From: Candidatus Entotheonellaceae bacterium
Lineage (GTDB): Bacteria > Tectomicrobia > Entotheonellia > Entotheonellales > Entotheonellaceae
Assembly: GCA_965238075.1 (NCBI GenBank)
Contig: OZ250173.1
Span: 1,504,001 to 1,568,000 of the forward strand
DNA: 64,000 nucleotides
Direction: 5' to 3'
Part shown: positions 9,358 through 19,048 of the stretch, one piece after another
Position numbering within the stretch: the first letter of the stretch is position 1
How the letters are laid out: every line of letters begins with the position of its first letter
The notes under the pieces: generated by a model
What the model saw: only the letters and a program-made list of their open reading frames with translations
What the model was told of the DNA's origin: nothing
Databases searched by the model: none
Position numbers and translations under genes: made by a program

Positions 9358-10074
9358 TCAGTTAGCCTTCTTCAACTCAATGGGAAGTTCTATCACCTCC
9401 TTTTCGCCGACGGTCACCGGGATTTCCAGGGCGCCCGTATACTCTTGCCATGCGACCAGGGTATAGGTTCCCGGCGGCACATCCGTAATAGTAAACGTGC
9501 CGTCCGCTGTCGTGACGGCGTAGTAGGGATTCTCCGCGGTGTAAATCCAGCTCAGCATCCAGCCATGCGCATCGCATTCCACCCGCATGATGCCCGGACG
9601 CCTGAGCCGCTTCTTGATGCGCATCCCCTGGTCCGGCAAGGCCACGTTGAACACCGTCCGCCGGCCGAGAAAACCGTGGGTATTATGCAGCACCGGATCC
9701 GAGTTGATGATGTCCAGTTCGGACTTGACGGGAATGACCTGCACGTGCGGCCAGAACTTGCAATGCTCGTTGTTGAGTTCATAGGGGTCTTCTGCCTGTG
9801 CCCATGCCTTGCCTTTCGCTACGTCTTGAAGGTAGACGAAGGCGCCGTGGACGCCTTTGTCCGGTCCAACGACGACACGGGCTTCATCGCGGATGCCGCC
9901 ACAGACATCCTGGTCCTTCGTGGGGATAATCTTCCTGGTGGGTACGGCTCCTTGGTAGATCACCTTCCCGGAAATCGTTCCGCCGTCTGCAACCACGACT
10001 TCCTGATACGATTGGACCGGGAGCATGCTGGCAAGCACCACCAGCACGCCGATTCCTATTCTCAAGCATCTCAT
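9358..10074 (-). CDS. Secreted cupredoxin/carboxypeptidase-regulatory-like beta-sandwich protein
   Basis: Signal peptide, NSDPVLHNTH and ECDAHGWM (type 1 Cu-like ligands), DGTFTITDVPPGTYTL; AAGGAG RBS. Confidence 0.72.
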   Translation of the reverse strand: MRCLRIGIGVLVVLASMLPVQSYQEVVVADGGTISGKVIYQGAVPTRKIIPTKDQDVCGGIRDEARVVVGPDKGVHGAFVYLQDVAKGKAWAQAEDPYELNNEHCKFWPHVQVIPVKSELDIINSDPVLHNTHGFLGRRTVFNVALPDQGMRIKKRLRRPGIMRVECDAHGWMLSWIYTAENPYYAVTTADGTFTITDVPPGTYTLVAWQEYTGALEIPVTVGEKEVIELPIELKKAN

Positions 10075-10482
10075 GTACCCTAACTCCTTCTTTCCAGCTT
10101 GCCAGAGCACCAGCCCGAACCAGCACGACTGACACCCGACCACCTATGGATAGGTATTTCGTACCCCGATATCACAGATCAATAAAAGGTCAAGGCTTTT
10201 TTTCAGAATGGCACCTTTCTCCGGCGACCATCTCGCATCCGTACCTGCCAGCAGTTCCGCAACGCTGGTCGCCACCTCATAACAAGCCGGTGATTTCCCT
10301 ACGCTGAGGGCGCCGAATTGTGCCCTGCCGTACGCAATTCTGGCGTCTTCGGCACCGCGAAGGTCGCTGGAAAGCAGGCTGCCCCAAGAAAAACCAGCGA
10401 CGGTGGGTTTTCCCCTTACCGATGTGATGTGACGCATCTTTAGAGCACGTTCGAATCAATACGGCTTACCGGCCGGGGCCTG

Positions 10483-10520
10483 CCCCTCACCCCGTACCCC
10501 CTTCCGCCAGGGAAGAGGGA
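10483..10520. repeat. C/G-rich intergenic palindrome family A (CCCTCACCCC..CCCTCTCCC..GGGAGAGG type)
   Basis: Related copies near 18952, 21122, 36463, 36576, 44979, 60673, 63293. Confidence 0.65.
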
Positions 10521-10635
10521 GTAAACAGCGTTTTGTGTTGGAGGCTTAAAGTGGGTTCCCTCCCCCCTCCGTACGTGTGATGCAAATTAGGGAAAGTGAT
10601 GAATTGACGATTTCAACCCCCGCCAGCAAAGCCGC

Positions 10636-10738
10636 GTCACTCCCGCGAAAAGCCTGCCCTCGACTCCGATCAGGGCCGGGAGTCCAGAGGTTTTTCGGTG
10701 GGCTGAGGCCACTGGATTCCCGCGTTCGCGGGAATGAC
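10636..10738. repeat. Intergenic palindrome family C (GTCA(C/T)TCCCGCG...CTGGATTCCCGCGTTCGCGGGAATGAC)
   Basis: Inverted ends; related copies at ~42020, ~58515, 62346-62420. Confidence 0.7.
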
Positions 10739-11125
10739 AGTTCGGGAGCGTTGCGCGGGTTGTCTTTCGTCGTAATGCGTAACACACGTCTCCGTGGGGG
10801 AGTGTGCAAACAGACGATACGGGCCACCACAATGCAAGAATGTCTGTCCGAAAAAGTGCCAGATTCATCTTGTATGTGCCTTTTTAACCAAGGAATTCTG
10901 ACACTTTCATTGGCAAACCAAGGAATTCCGGCACAAAAACACACCATTTTGCTTTGAATCGTAACAGCGTGTCTTTGTGCTGTGCATGCCGTTCGAATTA
11001 ACGAGCAAGCCGCCCTCTGTCTCGGGGCTATCCTGCACGTGTTCTCACCACGCCGTTGCTCGGCTCGACCACACCTTGATAGAATCGCCGCAACACTTCA
11101 CACCGTAATGAACAGGATGCCGCTC

Positions 11126-11437
11126 ATGAACCCGAACCTGGTCATTCCCAAAGACCGCTTAGCCGACTTCTGCCGCGCCAACGGTATCGCCAGTCTCGCC
11201 GTCTTTGGCTCGGCGCTCCGCGACGACTTTGGACCTGACAGCGACGTCGACCTTCTCGTCGAGTTCCAGCCTGGGCAAACCCCCGGACTCCATTTCGTCA
11301 CCATCGCCGACGAACTCGAAACGCTCTTTGGCAGACCGGTCGACCTCCTCATCCGTGCCGCGGTCGAGCAGAGCCAAAACCCTATCCGCCGCAAGAGCAT
11401 CCTCAGCACTGCAGAGTTGATCTATGCGGCACGATGA
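11126..11437 (+). CDS. mntA: Minimal nucleotidyltransferase (MntA-type antitoxin)
   Basis: FGSALRDDFGPDSDVD = GSx10DxD; overlaps downstream HEPN gene. Confidence 0.85.
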   Translation: MNPNLVIPKDRLADFCRANGIASLAVFGSALRDDFGPDSDVDLLVEFQPGQTPGLHFVTIADELETLFGRPVDLLIRAAVEQSQNPIRRKSILSTAELIYAAR

Positions 11438-11765
11438 TTCGTACCTCATCGACATGCTCCAGGCTGCTCGCAAGGCCACCGCCTTCGCCGCAGACCTCAC
11501 GTATCCGCAGTTCCAGCACAGCGACCTGCACCAGAACGCAATTCTCAAGGTTCTCGAAATCATCGGCGAAGCCGCCTCTCGCATCACGACCGACACTCAC
11601 CGCGCTTATCCGCAAATCCCATGGCGTCAGATCATCGGACTGCGCAACCGCGTCGTCCACGGTTACTTCGACATCGACCTCAACCTGATCTGGCAGATCG
11701 TCCACCAGGACATTCCCATTCTGCTCGACGAGCTCCAAGCTCTGCTCCCTCCGGACGCCGACTGA
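11424..11765 (+). CDS. hepT: HEPN/DUF86 RNase toxin (HepT-like)
   Basis: LEIIGEAA, IPW, RNRVVHGY (Rx4HxY). Confidence 0.88.
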   Translation: MRHDDSYLIDMLQAARKATAFAADLTYPQFQHSDLHQNAILKVLEIIGEAASRITTDTHRAYPQIPWRQIIGLRNRVVHGYFDIDLNLIWQIVHQDIPILLDELQALLPPDAD

Positions 11766-12096
11766 TCCCATACTCGAAAGTCGCGGCGGTGTCGTCCCAC
11801 GTAGTAGGGCGATTACGGCCTTTTGCCGGCATCGTCGACGATCAGTCCAGGGGGTGGGAGGTTAGCCGAGACTTTCGGAAAACGAGACTCCTTGGGCAGC
11901 AGTCGAAGGTCTCCGCGTCGGTGTCCCGGCGTCCGGTCCTCCAGGTTAGATCCAGGTAGATGGAAACCAACGAATCTTGACACAACCAAAAACCAACGAA
12001 TTCTGGCCATCTGGCCACATATGCTTGGTTTCCACAGGAGGGCTAGGGAGAGGGAAAAACAACCCCTCTGCTCGGAAGTTAATTTGCATCACACGT

Positions 12097-12417
12097 CTTG
12101 AGGGTGAGCCGACCGGCGTGGTGGAGTTGCCGGTGGAGTGGATCAAGGACGACTATCCCTACTTCGGCATGGACCGCGTGACCACCATCCGCCCGCACAC
12201 GGCGCCCTCGCTGGTGGGTGAAATCTGGCGGCGCGAGTTCGACGACGCCTACGCGGAACGCGGCCTCTTCCTGCTCACCATGCACCCCCACATCATCGGG
12301 CACCGCTCGCGCGTCAGCGTTCTCGACGAGCTGATCCGGCACATGCGCTCGCACAGCGGCGTGTGGTTCGCGACGCATGCCGACATCGCCCGGTACGTCA
12401 AGGCGCAAGCGGGGTAG
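12097..12417 (+). pseudogene. 5'-truncated second copy of the polysaccharide deacetylase 3' end
   Basis: 12196-12417 aligns to 1-222 with about 12 mismatches (manual count); deacetylase-like coding starts abruptly at LEGEPTGVVELPVEW. Confidence 0.85.
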
Positions 12418-12598
12418 GGGGCAGTTGCCGACTCTGATCCTGGTAAATTTCGATAACCGCGGCGAGTGCATCCTTAACGTTGGCCAGCGCCTCGGAAACG
12501 GAGTCCCCTTCCGTGATCAACTCCGGCAATACGGGAGAGGTCACGGTATACCCACCCTCAGCTTGGGGCGTCAAGATAAGAGGTATTGTGTAGTCCAT
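12398..12598 (-). CDS. hicB: HicB-family antitoxin (short)
   Basis: EGGYTVTSPVLPELITEGDSVSEALANVKDAL; last codons run into the deacetylase fragment. Confidence 0.8.
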   Translation of the reverse strand: MDYTIPLILTPQAEGGYTVTSPVLPELITEGDSVSEALANVKDALAAVIEIYQDQSRQLPPTPLAP

Positions 12599-12599
12599 G

Positions 12600-12687
12600 C
12601 GAATGTCTTCAGACGTCCAACTCTGAACCTAAGTTGCTTTAACTTCTTTGCTAACAAAGGGTATGGAATGTCTTCGATATTCTTCAA
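12600..12687 (-). pseudogene. Probable HicA toxin N-terminal remnant
   Basis: TTG-KNIEDIPYPLLAKKLKQLRFRVGR resembles a HicA N-terminus but ends before the GSH motif; directly upstream of hicB. Confidence 0.4.
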
Positions 12688-12722
12688 CAGCGCCGGCCGA
12701 CCCAAGCAGCCACCGAAGAGTT

Positions 12723-13385
12723 TCATGGTCTGGCCGCCAAGGCATCGGCCTCTCGGATTTCGCGGGTTAATCGACCGACGGTTGTGGAGGGATTGCCGTA
12801 CGGCTTGTCTTCTTTTATCCGGCGTCGTAACTGGATCTCACTGCGTCGTTCAGCCGCTTCGACCCGTTTTACCAATTCGTTGCAGTCGGGTGTTTTCGGG
12901 CCGTCCCGATCATATTCCGGACGCAACTTTGCAAGCATCTTTTGCACCGCGTGTCGGTGCTCAGGCCTGTCAAAATCCTGCTCGTGAAGAATCAACCAGA
13001 GCTCGAAACATGGATCGGATCGGCCAACTCCTACGTTCTGGCTTTCGCAATTTGCTACTGCCTCGTTGAATCGAGAATGTTCATCGCGGTCAAACACCGC
13101 CCAAACTTGGTCTCGTTTTTCATACGAGTCCTTCTGGCGCCGGCTGTGGGGGGTAAGTCCGAGGAATTTGGCTCGGTTGATGGCTGTTCGTGCAATCACA
13201 GAGGGATCACCCACGCCGCCATGGGTCTCAACGTTGATGAGCGTGCTGGAGCATGCACGGCGGACCGCCTCGAAATAGGCGACCTCCGTCTTCGCGCCTT
13301 CGCAGAACAGAATAAATCTTCGCTTTGGTTCACGGCTGTGCTTGGACCGCCTGAGTTGTGGGGGCTTCCTGCGGCTGCGTGTCAT
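12723..13385 (-). CDS. rloB: RloB-family (TOPRIM-like) protein
   Basis: ILFCEGAKTEVAYF, VWAVFDRDEH, SDPCFELWLILH, NPSTTV. Confidence 0.85.
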   Translation of the reverse strand: MTRSRRKPPQLRRSKHSREPKRRFILFCEGAKTEVAYFEAVRRACSSTLINVETHGGVGDPSVIARTAINRAKFLGLTPHSRRQKDSYEKRDQVWAVFDRDEHSRFNEAVANCESQNVGVGRSDPCFELWLILHEQDFDRPEHRHAVQKMLAKLRPEYDRDGPKTPDCNELVKRVEAAERRSEIQLRRRIKEDKPYGNPSTTVGRLTREIREADALAARP

Positions 13386-14653
13386 GGGCTGGGAGAGGCT
13401 CCGGTGAGAGGTACCGCGCCGTATCGACCCTCCAGATATCCCCTCCTGAGATCGTCGCTCTTTCGGGTCCGAATGTCGGTCAACGGATAGAGTTGTGTTG
13501 CGCCCTCGGCGTCCTTTTCCGTAAACCACACCTGGTCCCGCCGAAGCACCAATGATTTCAGCAGATTAGTGTCGTGGGTTGTTGCGATGAGCTGTGCGCC
13601 CTTGGGATTGCTTTCCGACGAGCAGAATAGTTTCAGCACGGCTTCGCTGGCTTGGGTATGCAGGCTGGCATCGAGTTCGTCGACGCACAGAGATCGGCCT
13701 TCGTCGAGCGCTTGATATGCGAGACCGAGCACAATTAACAACCGACGCGTGCCAGCACTCTCTTTCTCCAATTCAATGTAAAACTCTTCTCCGTTTCGAC
13801 CGCTGTGAGCAAGTTCAAAAGTAACCTGCTTGTCGTTGTCGTCCATCTCAATATTAGCCCGAGCGCCCGCAATTTTCTTGAATGCTGTAACCAGCGCTTG
13901 ACGAAAAGCTCTGTCTTCTTCCGAAAGTTCGGTTTCCGTTGGCCGATAACCTGTGACCCCAGTATTAATCTCCCTAAGAAAACCGATCACGCGAGAATCC
14001 GGCCCCCCTTTCTCAGTCATTCGTGCCGAGGCATCTACGCCAGGGATGTCGATATTCTGCATGCCAAGGATCGACCGAAAAAATACGAACACCTTAGATA
14101 GATATTCGTGACCGTTCTGAGCGGCAGCCGACAGATAGAGGCTATTGGGCCTGGTCAGGCCAGCAATGCTGTTATTCTGTCCCCTCAACCCACGCCCAAA
14201 ATGAAATTTGCCGCGGTTCCGTTCAAACAGAGTCCGTTGGTGCGATTTGGGGAAGACATAGAGCCATTCGGTTTCGAAGACCCTAGACGATGTCTCGAAC
14301 CCGTAATGATGTCGCACACCGTCAATAACAAAATCGATATCGAAACGCGATGATGTTTTAGAACTGACGGAATCGAGTCTGAACGGGCGGCGTGGCGGCA
14401 CACCACCATCAGGTTCCCCTCTCGTCTGGGACCACAAGACCATGGACCGCATGGCGCCTATCGCGTCGACAAAATTGCTTTTCCCCGACGCGTTGGGGCC
14501 GTAGATCACAACCGCTGGCAAAATCGACCCGTTGGGCGCCACCTCACAGTCGATAAGTCCTTCACGGCGGTCTTTCAACGAAGACGTCGTAAACGACAAT
14601 TCCTGGTAATCCCGTATCGACAGGTGGTTGGAGACGCCAAAGCGAAGAAGCAT
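13382..14653 (-). CDS. AAA_21 ABC-type ATPase (RloA/AbiLi-like)
   Basis: YGPNASGKSN, ESAGTRR, VDELDASLH, QLIATTH, YLEGRYGAVP; ATGA overlap with rloB. Confidence 0.88.
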   Translation of the reverse strand: MLLRFGVSNHLSIRDYQELSFTTSSLKDRREGLIDCEVAPNGSILPAVVIYGPNASGKSNFVDAIGAMRSMVLWSQTRGEPDGGVPPRRPFRLDSVSSKTSSRFDIDFVIDGVRHHYGFETSSRVFETEWLYVFPKSHQRTLFERNRGKFHFGRGLRGQNNSIAGLTRPNSLYLSAAAQNGHEYLSKVFVFFRSILGMQNIDIPGVDASARMTEKGGPDSRVIGFLREINTGVTGYRPTETELSEEDRAFRQALVTAFKKIAGARANIEMDDNDKQVTFELAHSGRNGEEFYIELEKESAGTRRLLIVLGLAYQALDEGRSLCVDELDASLHTQASEAVLKLFCSSESNPKGAQLIATTHDTNLLKSLVLRRDQVWFTEKDAEGATQLYPLTDIRTRKSDDLRRGYLEGRYGAVPLTGASPSP

Positions 14654-14968
14654 ACAAATTCTCCCAATGTTTACGTCAATTCAACCGATATAGAATCCAA
14701 TATGCGGAATTTTCGCATATTCTCTCATATCACGTCAATTTCTTTGTAATACAGGATGCGCCGTAGAATACGTCTCTAGGTACCAGCAGTCCCCACCCGG
14801 TATTTCTTGGACTCATGGTGGTTATCGCTCTACGCGATATGTGAAAACCGATACCGCACATCGTCTTGAGGGGTTCGGAGCCGCCGTGTATACTGCCGCC
14901 CCGACACAGACCCAAGGTCAAAACCCACGCGGGGCACCTGCCGCGCCCCATTGCCTCAGGAGGGCACC

Positions 14969-16231
14969 ATGCGACCAGCACGCCCGGCATTCATTGCGGC
15001 CCAGGCGCTGACGCCGTTCATCGGCAAGGGCAGTCCCAACTTCATCGCCAAGGGGCACCCGGACTATGGCGTCAAGGAGAACCCGACGCTTGAGGACCAT
15101 ATCGCCACGGTCATCCGCCAGCTGTTGGACGATAACGGCATTGATCCGAGCCTCATCCAGCGCGGCTACATCGGCAACTTTGCCGGCGAGTTGTTCTCCA
15201 GCCAGGGCTTCCTCGGCGCCATGCTGGCACGGGCGGACGAACGATTGGCGGGCATCGGCTGTGCGCGGGTGGAGGCGGCGTGCGCGTCCGGCGGCGTCGG
15301 CATCGTTGGCGCCATCGAGGCCGTCCAGGCCGGCCTGGACGTCGTCCTGGTGGTCGGGGCGGAGGTGCAGACGACGGTGCGGGCGCGTGAGGGCGCCGAC
15401 TACTTGGCGCGCGCTGCCCATTACGCCAGTGAGCGGTCCATCGACGATTTCACCTTCCCCGCCCTGCTCGCCCGCCGCGCCAAGGCGTACAAGGAAACCT
15501 ACGGCCTCACCGACCGCGATCTGGCGCATTTCTCCGTCAAGGCGTACGCTAACGCCAACCGTAACCCTTTGGCCCACATGCACACCGTCAAGATGACCCT
15601 CGACCAGGCCGCCACGGCCAGCGATTCCAACCCGAACTTCCTGCAAAATCCGGAGTTGCACGAGCACCTCAGGGTCAGCGATTGCTCGCAGGTGAGCGAC
15701 GGCGCCGCGGCGGTGATCATCGCCAGCGAAACGGGCCTGGAGAAGTTGGGCCGGGCACGGCAGGACTGCGTGCAACTGAAATCGTACGGCTTCTGCACCA
15801 ACCCGTTGGGTCAGGTGGACGATCTGCTGCGCCTCGACACCGCCGCCTCGGCCGCCGCCGAAGCCATGCAGGACGGCGGCATCACGCCGCAGGACGTGCA
15901 GATGGCCGAGATGCACGACTGCTTCACGATCGCTGAGTTGATGATGTACGAGGCCATCGGCTTCGCCGAGCCGGGCAAGGGCATCGACCTGCTGCGCTCC
16001 GGCGAGACCTCCCTGGAAGGCAGCATGCCGGTCAACCCCGGCGGCGGCCTGGTGGGTTTCGGTCACCCCGTCGGCGCCACCGGCGTCAAGCAGGCCGCCG
16101 AGGTCTACCGTCAGATGAAGGGCCTGTGCGGGGACTACCAGATACAGAAGGACATCCACACCGGCCTGACCGCCAACATGGGTGGCGACGACCGCACGGT
16201 CGTTTCACTGGTGCTGGAAAACGTCGAGTAA
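14969..16231 (+). CDS. SCP2-type thiolase
   Basis: EAACASGG, HDCF, GHPVGATG, NMGGDD. Confidence 0.9.
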   Translation: MRPARPAFIAAQALTPFIGKGSPNFIAKGHPDYGVKENPTLEDHIATVIRQLLDDNGIDPSLIQRGYIGNFAGELFSSQGFLGAMLARADERLAGIGCARVEAACASGGVGIVGAIEAVQAGLDVVLVVGAEVQTTVRAREGADYLARAAHYASERSIDDFTFPALLARRAKAYKETYGLTDRDLAHFSVKAYANANRNPLAHMHTVKMTLDQAATASDSNPNFLQNPELHEHLRVSDCSQVSDGAAAVIIASETGLEKLGRARQDCVQLKSYGFCTNPLGQVDDLLRLDTAASAAAEAMQDGGITPQDVQMAEMHDCFTIAELMMYEAIGFAEPGKGIDLLRSGETSLEGSMPVNPGGGLVGFGHPVGATGVKQAAEVYRQMKGLCGDYQIQKDIHTGLTANMGGDDRTVVSLVLENVE

Positions 16232-16260
16232 GGTGCAAACCGGGAACATCCTTCACTGAA

Positions 16261-16286
16261 CCCCCCAACCCCCCTTGTCAGGGGGT
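16261..16286. repeat. Intergenic palindrome family B (CCCCCAACCCCCCTTGTCAGGGGG)
   Basis: Copies at ~18923, ~46178 and inverted ~46247. Confidence 0.65.
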
Positions 16287-16345
16287 CTCGTTTGTGAACG
16301 ATGTTCGGCTTGCACAGTCTGGCCATCCTGGCAGCCTTCTTAAGA

Positions 16346-16510
16346 TGTCCTCTCAAGTGACCCGTGCAACCCTCTCGTTTCACCAAGAAACCGGAGGCGA
16401 GCATGCTCATTCAAAAGGACTACTGGATGATGAAGGAACCACGTCAGAAAGGGGTCTACCGGGGCGATATTGCCGAGCGCCTTGAGGTGCATCCCGGAAC
16501 GGCCAGTCAG
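16346..16510 (+). mobile_element. IS21-family istA 5' remnant
   Basis: GGAGG RBS + MLIQKDYWMMKEPRQKGVYRGDIAERLEVHPGT, typical IstA N-terminal HTH; similarity then stops. Confidence 0.6.
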
Positions 16511-16826
16511 CGGCCAGTATCGAGGCGGCTCGCCCACGGGCCGACGCGGCGCTCGCCCGTCTGTGCCAACCTCGCACTCGCCAAAACCCAACCAATACCC
16601 CCTCCGGTGGCGCCTTGTGCCTCCGGCTGGAGGGTTGGGTGTTCGTAAGATGGTCACTTGGGGCCGTGGTTACCATTGTTCACATAGTCGCCAGAAACTG
16701 CCATTTGCTGCCGCCGTGGTATCGAGAAGACAAAGAACTTGACACCATGGAAAGCCGCTTTGGCATGCAGCGTATGAGATTCCGACCCTTGGCCCCAACT
16801 TTGTCGCAACAAGAAGGAGGTATGCC

Positions 16827-18446
16827 ATGAGGCAAATTGTGAAGAAGCTGCGAACCTTTGAAATGGCCATGGTATTTGTCGTGATGGCTTTCAGCTTCGG
16901 CATGCAGGGCCTTATCGTGAATGATCAGGCGCTTGCTCAGTCGGATACCTTCGATATCATGGAAACGACTATTGCGGATATACACCATCACGTCAAAGCC
17001 GGAAATCTGACCTTTCGGCAATTGGTGCAGATGTATTTGGATCGGATCGAGGCCTATGACGAGAGCACCAGATTGAATGCTTTCGTTGTGCTCAACCCGA
17101 ATGCCTTGAGCCGGGCGGACGAATTGGATGCGGAATTTCAGCGTACGGGACAGCTCAGGCCGTTGCACGGGATTCCGGCTGTCGTGAAAGACAATTACGA
17201 TACGTATGATTTGCAGACTGCTGGTGGCACTTTGGCTCTCAAAGGCTCCCTGCCGCCTGACGATGCGTTCCAGATCAAGAAGCTTCGCGAGGCGGGGGCG
17301 ATTATTCTCGGCAAGACCAATATGGCGGAATTGGCTTTCAGTCCTTACGTCACGGTCAGTTCTATCGATGGCATTACCCGAAACCCGTACGACTTGAGTC
17401 GTGTCCCGGCCGGCTCCAGTGGGGGTACGGCGGCGGCGATTGCCTCCAACCTGGGGGTGATCGGACTCGGCACGGACACGGGGAATTCCATTCGCGGGCC
17501 GTCCTCGCATAACGGTCTGGTGGGGATACGTTCGACGATGGGGCTGACCAGCCGCGACGGCATCATCCCGCTGTTCTTGCGTAATGACATCGGCGGGCCG
17601 TTGTGTCGTACCGTCGAGGATGCGGTGCGCGTTCTGGAGGTGATCGCGGGGCACGATCCCCAGGACCCGGTGACGGAGGCCAGCATCGGTCGAGTGGAGG
17701 ATTCTTACCTGAAGTTTCTGGATAAGGATGGTTTGAAGGGTGCCCGCATCGGGGTTTTTCGCTATCACCTCAATCAGGAAACCACAGACCCCGAGATCAG
17801 GCGCTTAACCAACCAAGCCGTCGAAGACTTGAGCGCCCTGGGCGCCACCATGGTTGAGATGGATATTCCCAGATTCGAAGAGATGATCCACGGGAAAGAC
17901 AAATCGGACCCATGGCGTCTATGGTGTAACACGTTCCGTTTTGACTTCAACAACTATCTCGCCAGCCTCGGTCCTGAGGCCCCATACAAGAACCTGGGGG
18001 AAGTCGTGGCGTCAGGCTTGTATCTTCCCTACATTGATGGACGCATGAAAAATGCGCTGGAACAAGACCTGAACCCTGTGGAACGAAATTGTACGAGTGT
18101 AAAGCTCGAAGCGAAGAACGAGGAGTTCCGCAATGCGATTCAAGCAGCCATGGACAAGAACGAGGTAGATGCCTTCGTCTACCCCACCTGGAGCAATCAG
18201 CCTCGGAAAATTGGGGATATGGACAGTCCCAATGGCGACAACAGCCAGCATATTTCCCCTCACACCGGCATGCCCGCCATCACCGTGCCCACGGGATTCA
18301 CGAACGATCATGGTTTGCCAACCGGCTTGACCTTTATTGCGAAGGAATTTGAAGAAGGCAAGCTCATCCGGTATACGTATGCCTATGAACAAGGCACCCA
18401 ACACCGCAAGCCGCCGGCACAGTTTGGCCCGTTGACAAGCGAATAG
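16827..18446 (+). CDS. Secreted amidase-signature family protein
   Basis: Signal peptide, [27 protein letters not shown]. Confidence 0.9.
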   Translation: MRQIVKKLRTFEMAMVFVVMAFSFGMQGLIVNDQALAQSDTFDIMETTIADIHHHVKAGNLTFRQLVQMYLDRIEAYDESTRLNAFVVLNPNALSRADELDAEFQRTGQLRPLHGIPAVVKDNYDTYDLQTAGGTLALKGSLPPDDAFQIKKLREAGAIILGKTNMAELAFSPYVTVSSIDGITRNPYDLSRVPAGSSGGTAAAIASNLGVIGLGTDTGNSIRGPSSHNGLVGIRSTMGLTSRDGIIPLFLRNDIGGPLCRTVEDAVRVLEVIAGHDPQDPVTEASIGRVEDSYLKFLDKDGLKGARIGVFRYHLNQETTDPEIRRLTNQAVEDLSALGATMVEMDIPRFEEMIHGKDKSDPWRLWCNTFRFDFNNYLASLGPEAPYKNLGEVVASGLYLPYIDGRMKNALEQDLNPVERNCTSVKLEAKNEEFRNAIQAAMDKNEVDAFVYPTWSNQPRKIGDMDSPNGDNSQHISPHTGMPAITVPTGFTNDHGLPTGLTFIAKEFEEGKLIRYTYAYEQGTQHRKPPAQFGPLTSE

Positions 18447-19048
18447 ATGATGGCGTTGTGACTCGGAAGGGATCAAACGCCTTTTCTTGGGTCGCCAGGC
18501 AACTCAAATGGCACGCATGGGCGCTTATGTTGACAATTGCGGCATTGCGCCCGGCGATGCCATTTTGGTGCACGTTCTATGCGCTTGCCTCATATAACCC
18601 TCCGTCCCCAGTACCACCATCGGAAGCAAACGCCCGAGCCAGGGGCTAGGTGACGTTGAGAACGAATGAGCCGGTTGCTTCGCCGCACGGCTCCGCTCGC
18701 CAGCGGCTGACCCGCGCGTAGCTGGGCATCCCTCCCCTGCAGGCCTCCTCCTCGCGTTCAACGCGGGATGCACATCCCTGATGAACAGACCCGCCCAATG
18801 CCACAAGTCGCCCTCTGTGTTGAGGCACGGGTGATTCCGGTCGTCCTTCGGCCCTGCGATTGGCATGAGTTGCCTTTCGGAAGGCTTCTGGCCCTTCCAA
18901 CCAATGGCAAACCGATATAAGCGCCCCAACCCCCCTTGTCAGGGGGACGTTCCCTCCCCCCTGCGTGGGGGAGGGTTAGGGAGAAGGGGTGCTCCCGTGT
19001 GCTGCACCCTACGCCGGCCTCCCCCCTCTCCCTCCAGCCTCTTCGCTC

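Noticed and set aside
10165-10200. FNR box upstream of the oxidase operon
   Set aside because: Only TTGAT/TTGAC half-sites on the minus strand, with no ATCAA partner at the right spacing
10886-12009. CRISPR array from the 19-bp repeats
   Set aside because: Repeats too short, gaps of 7-11 bp, only pairs, no cas genes
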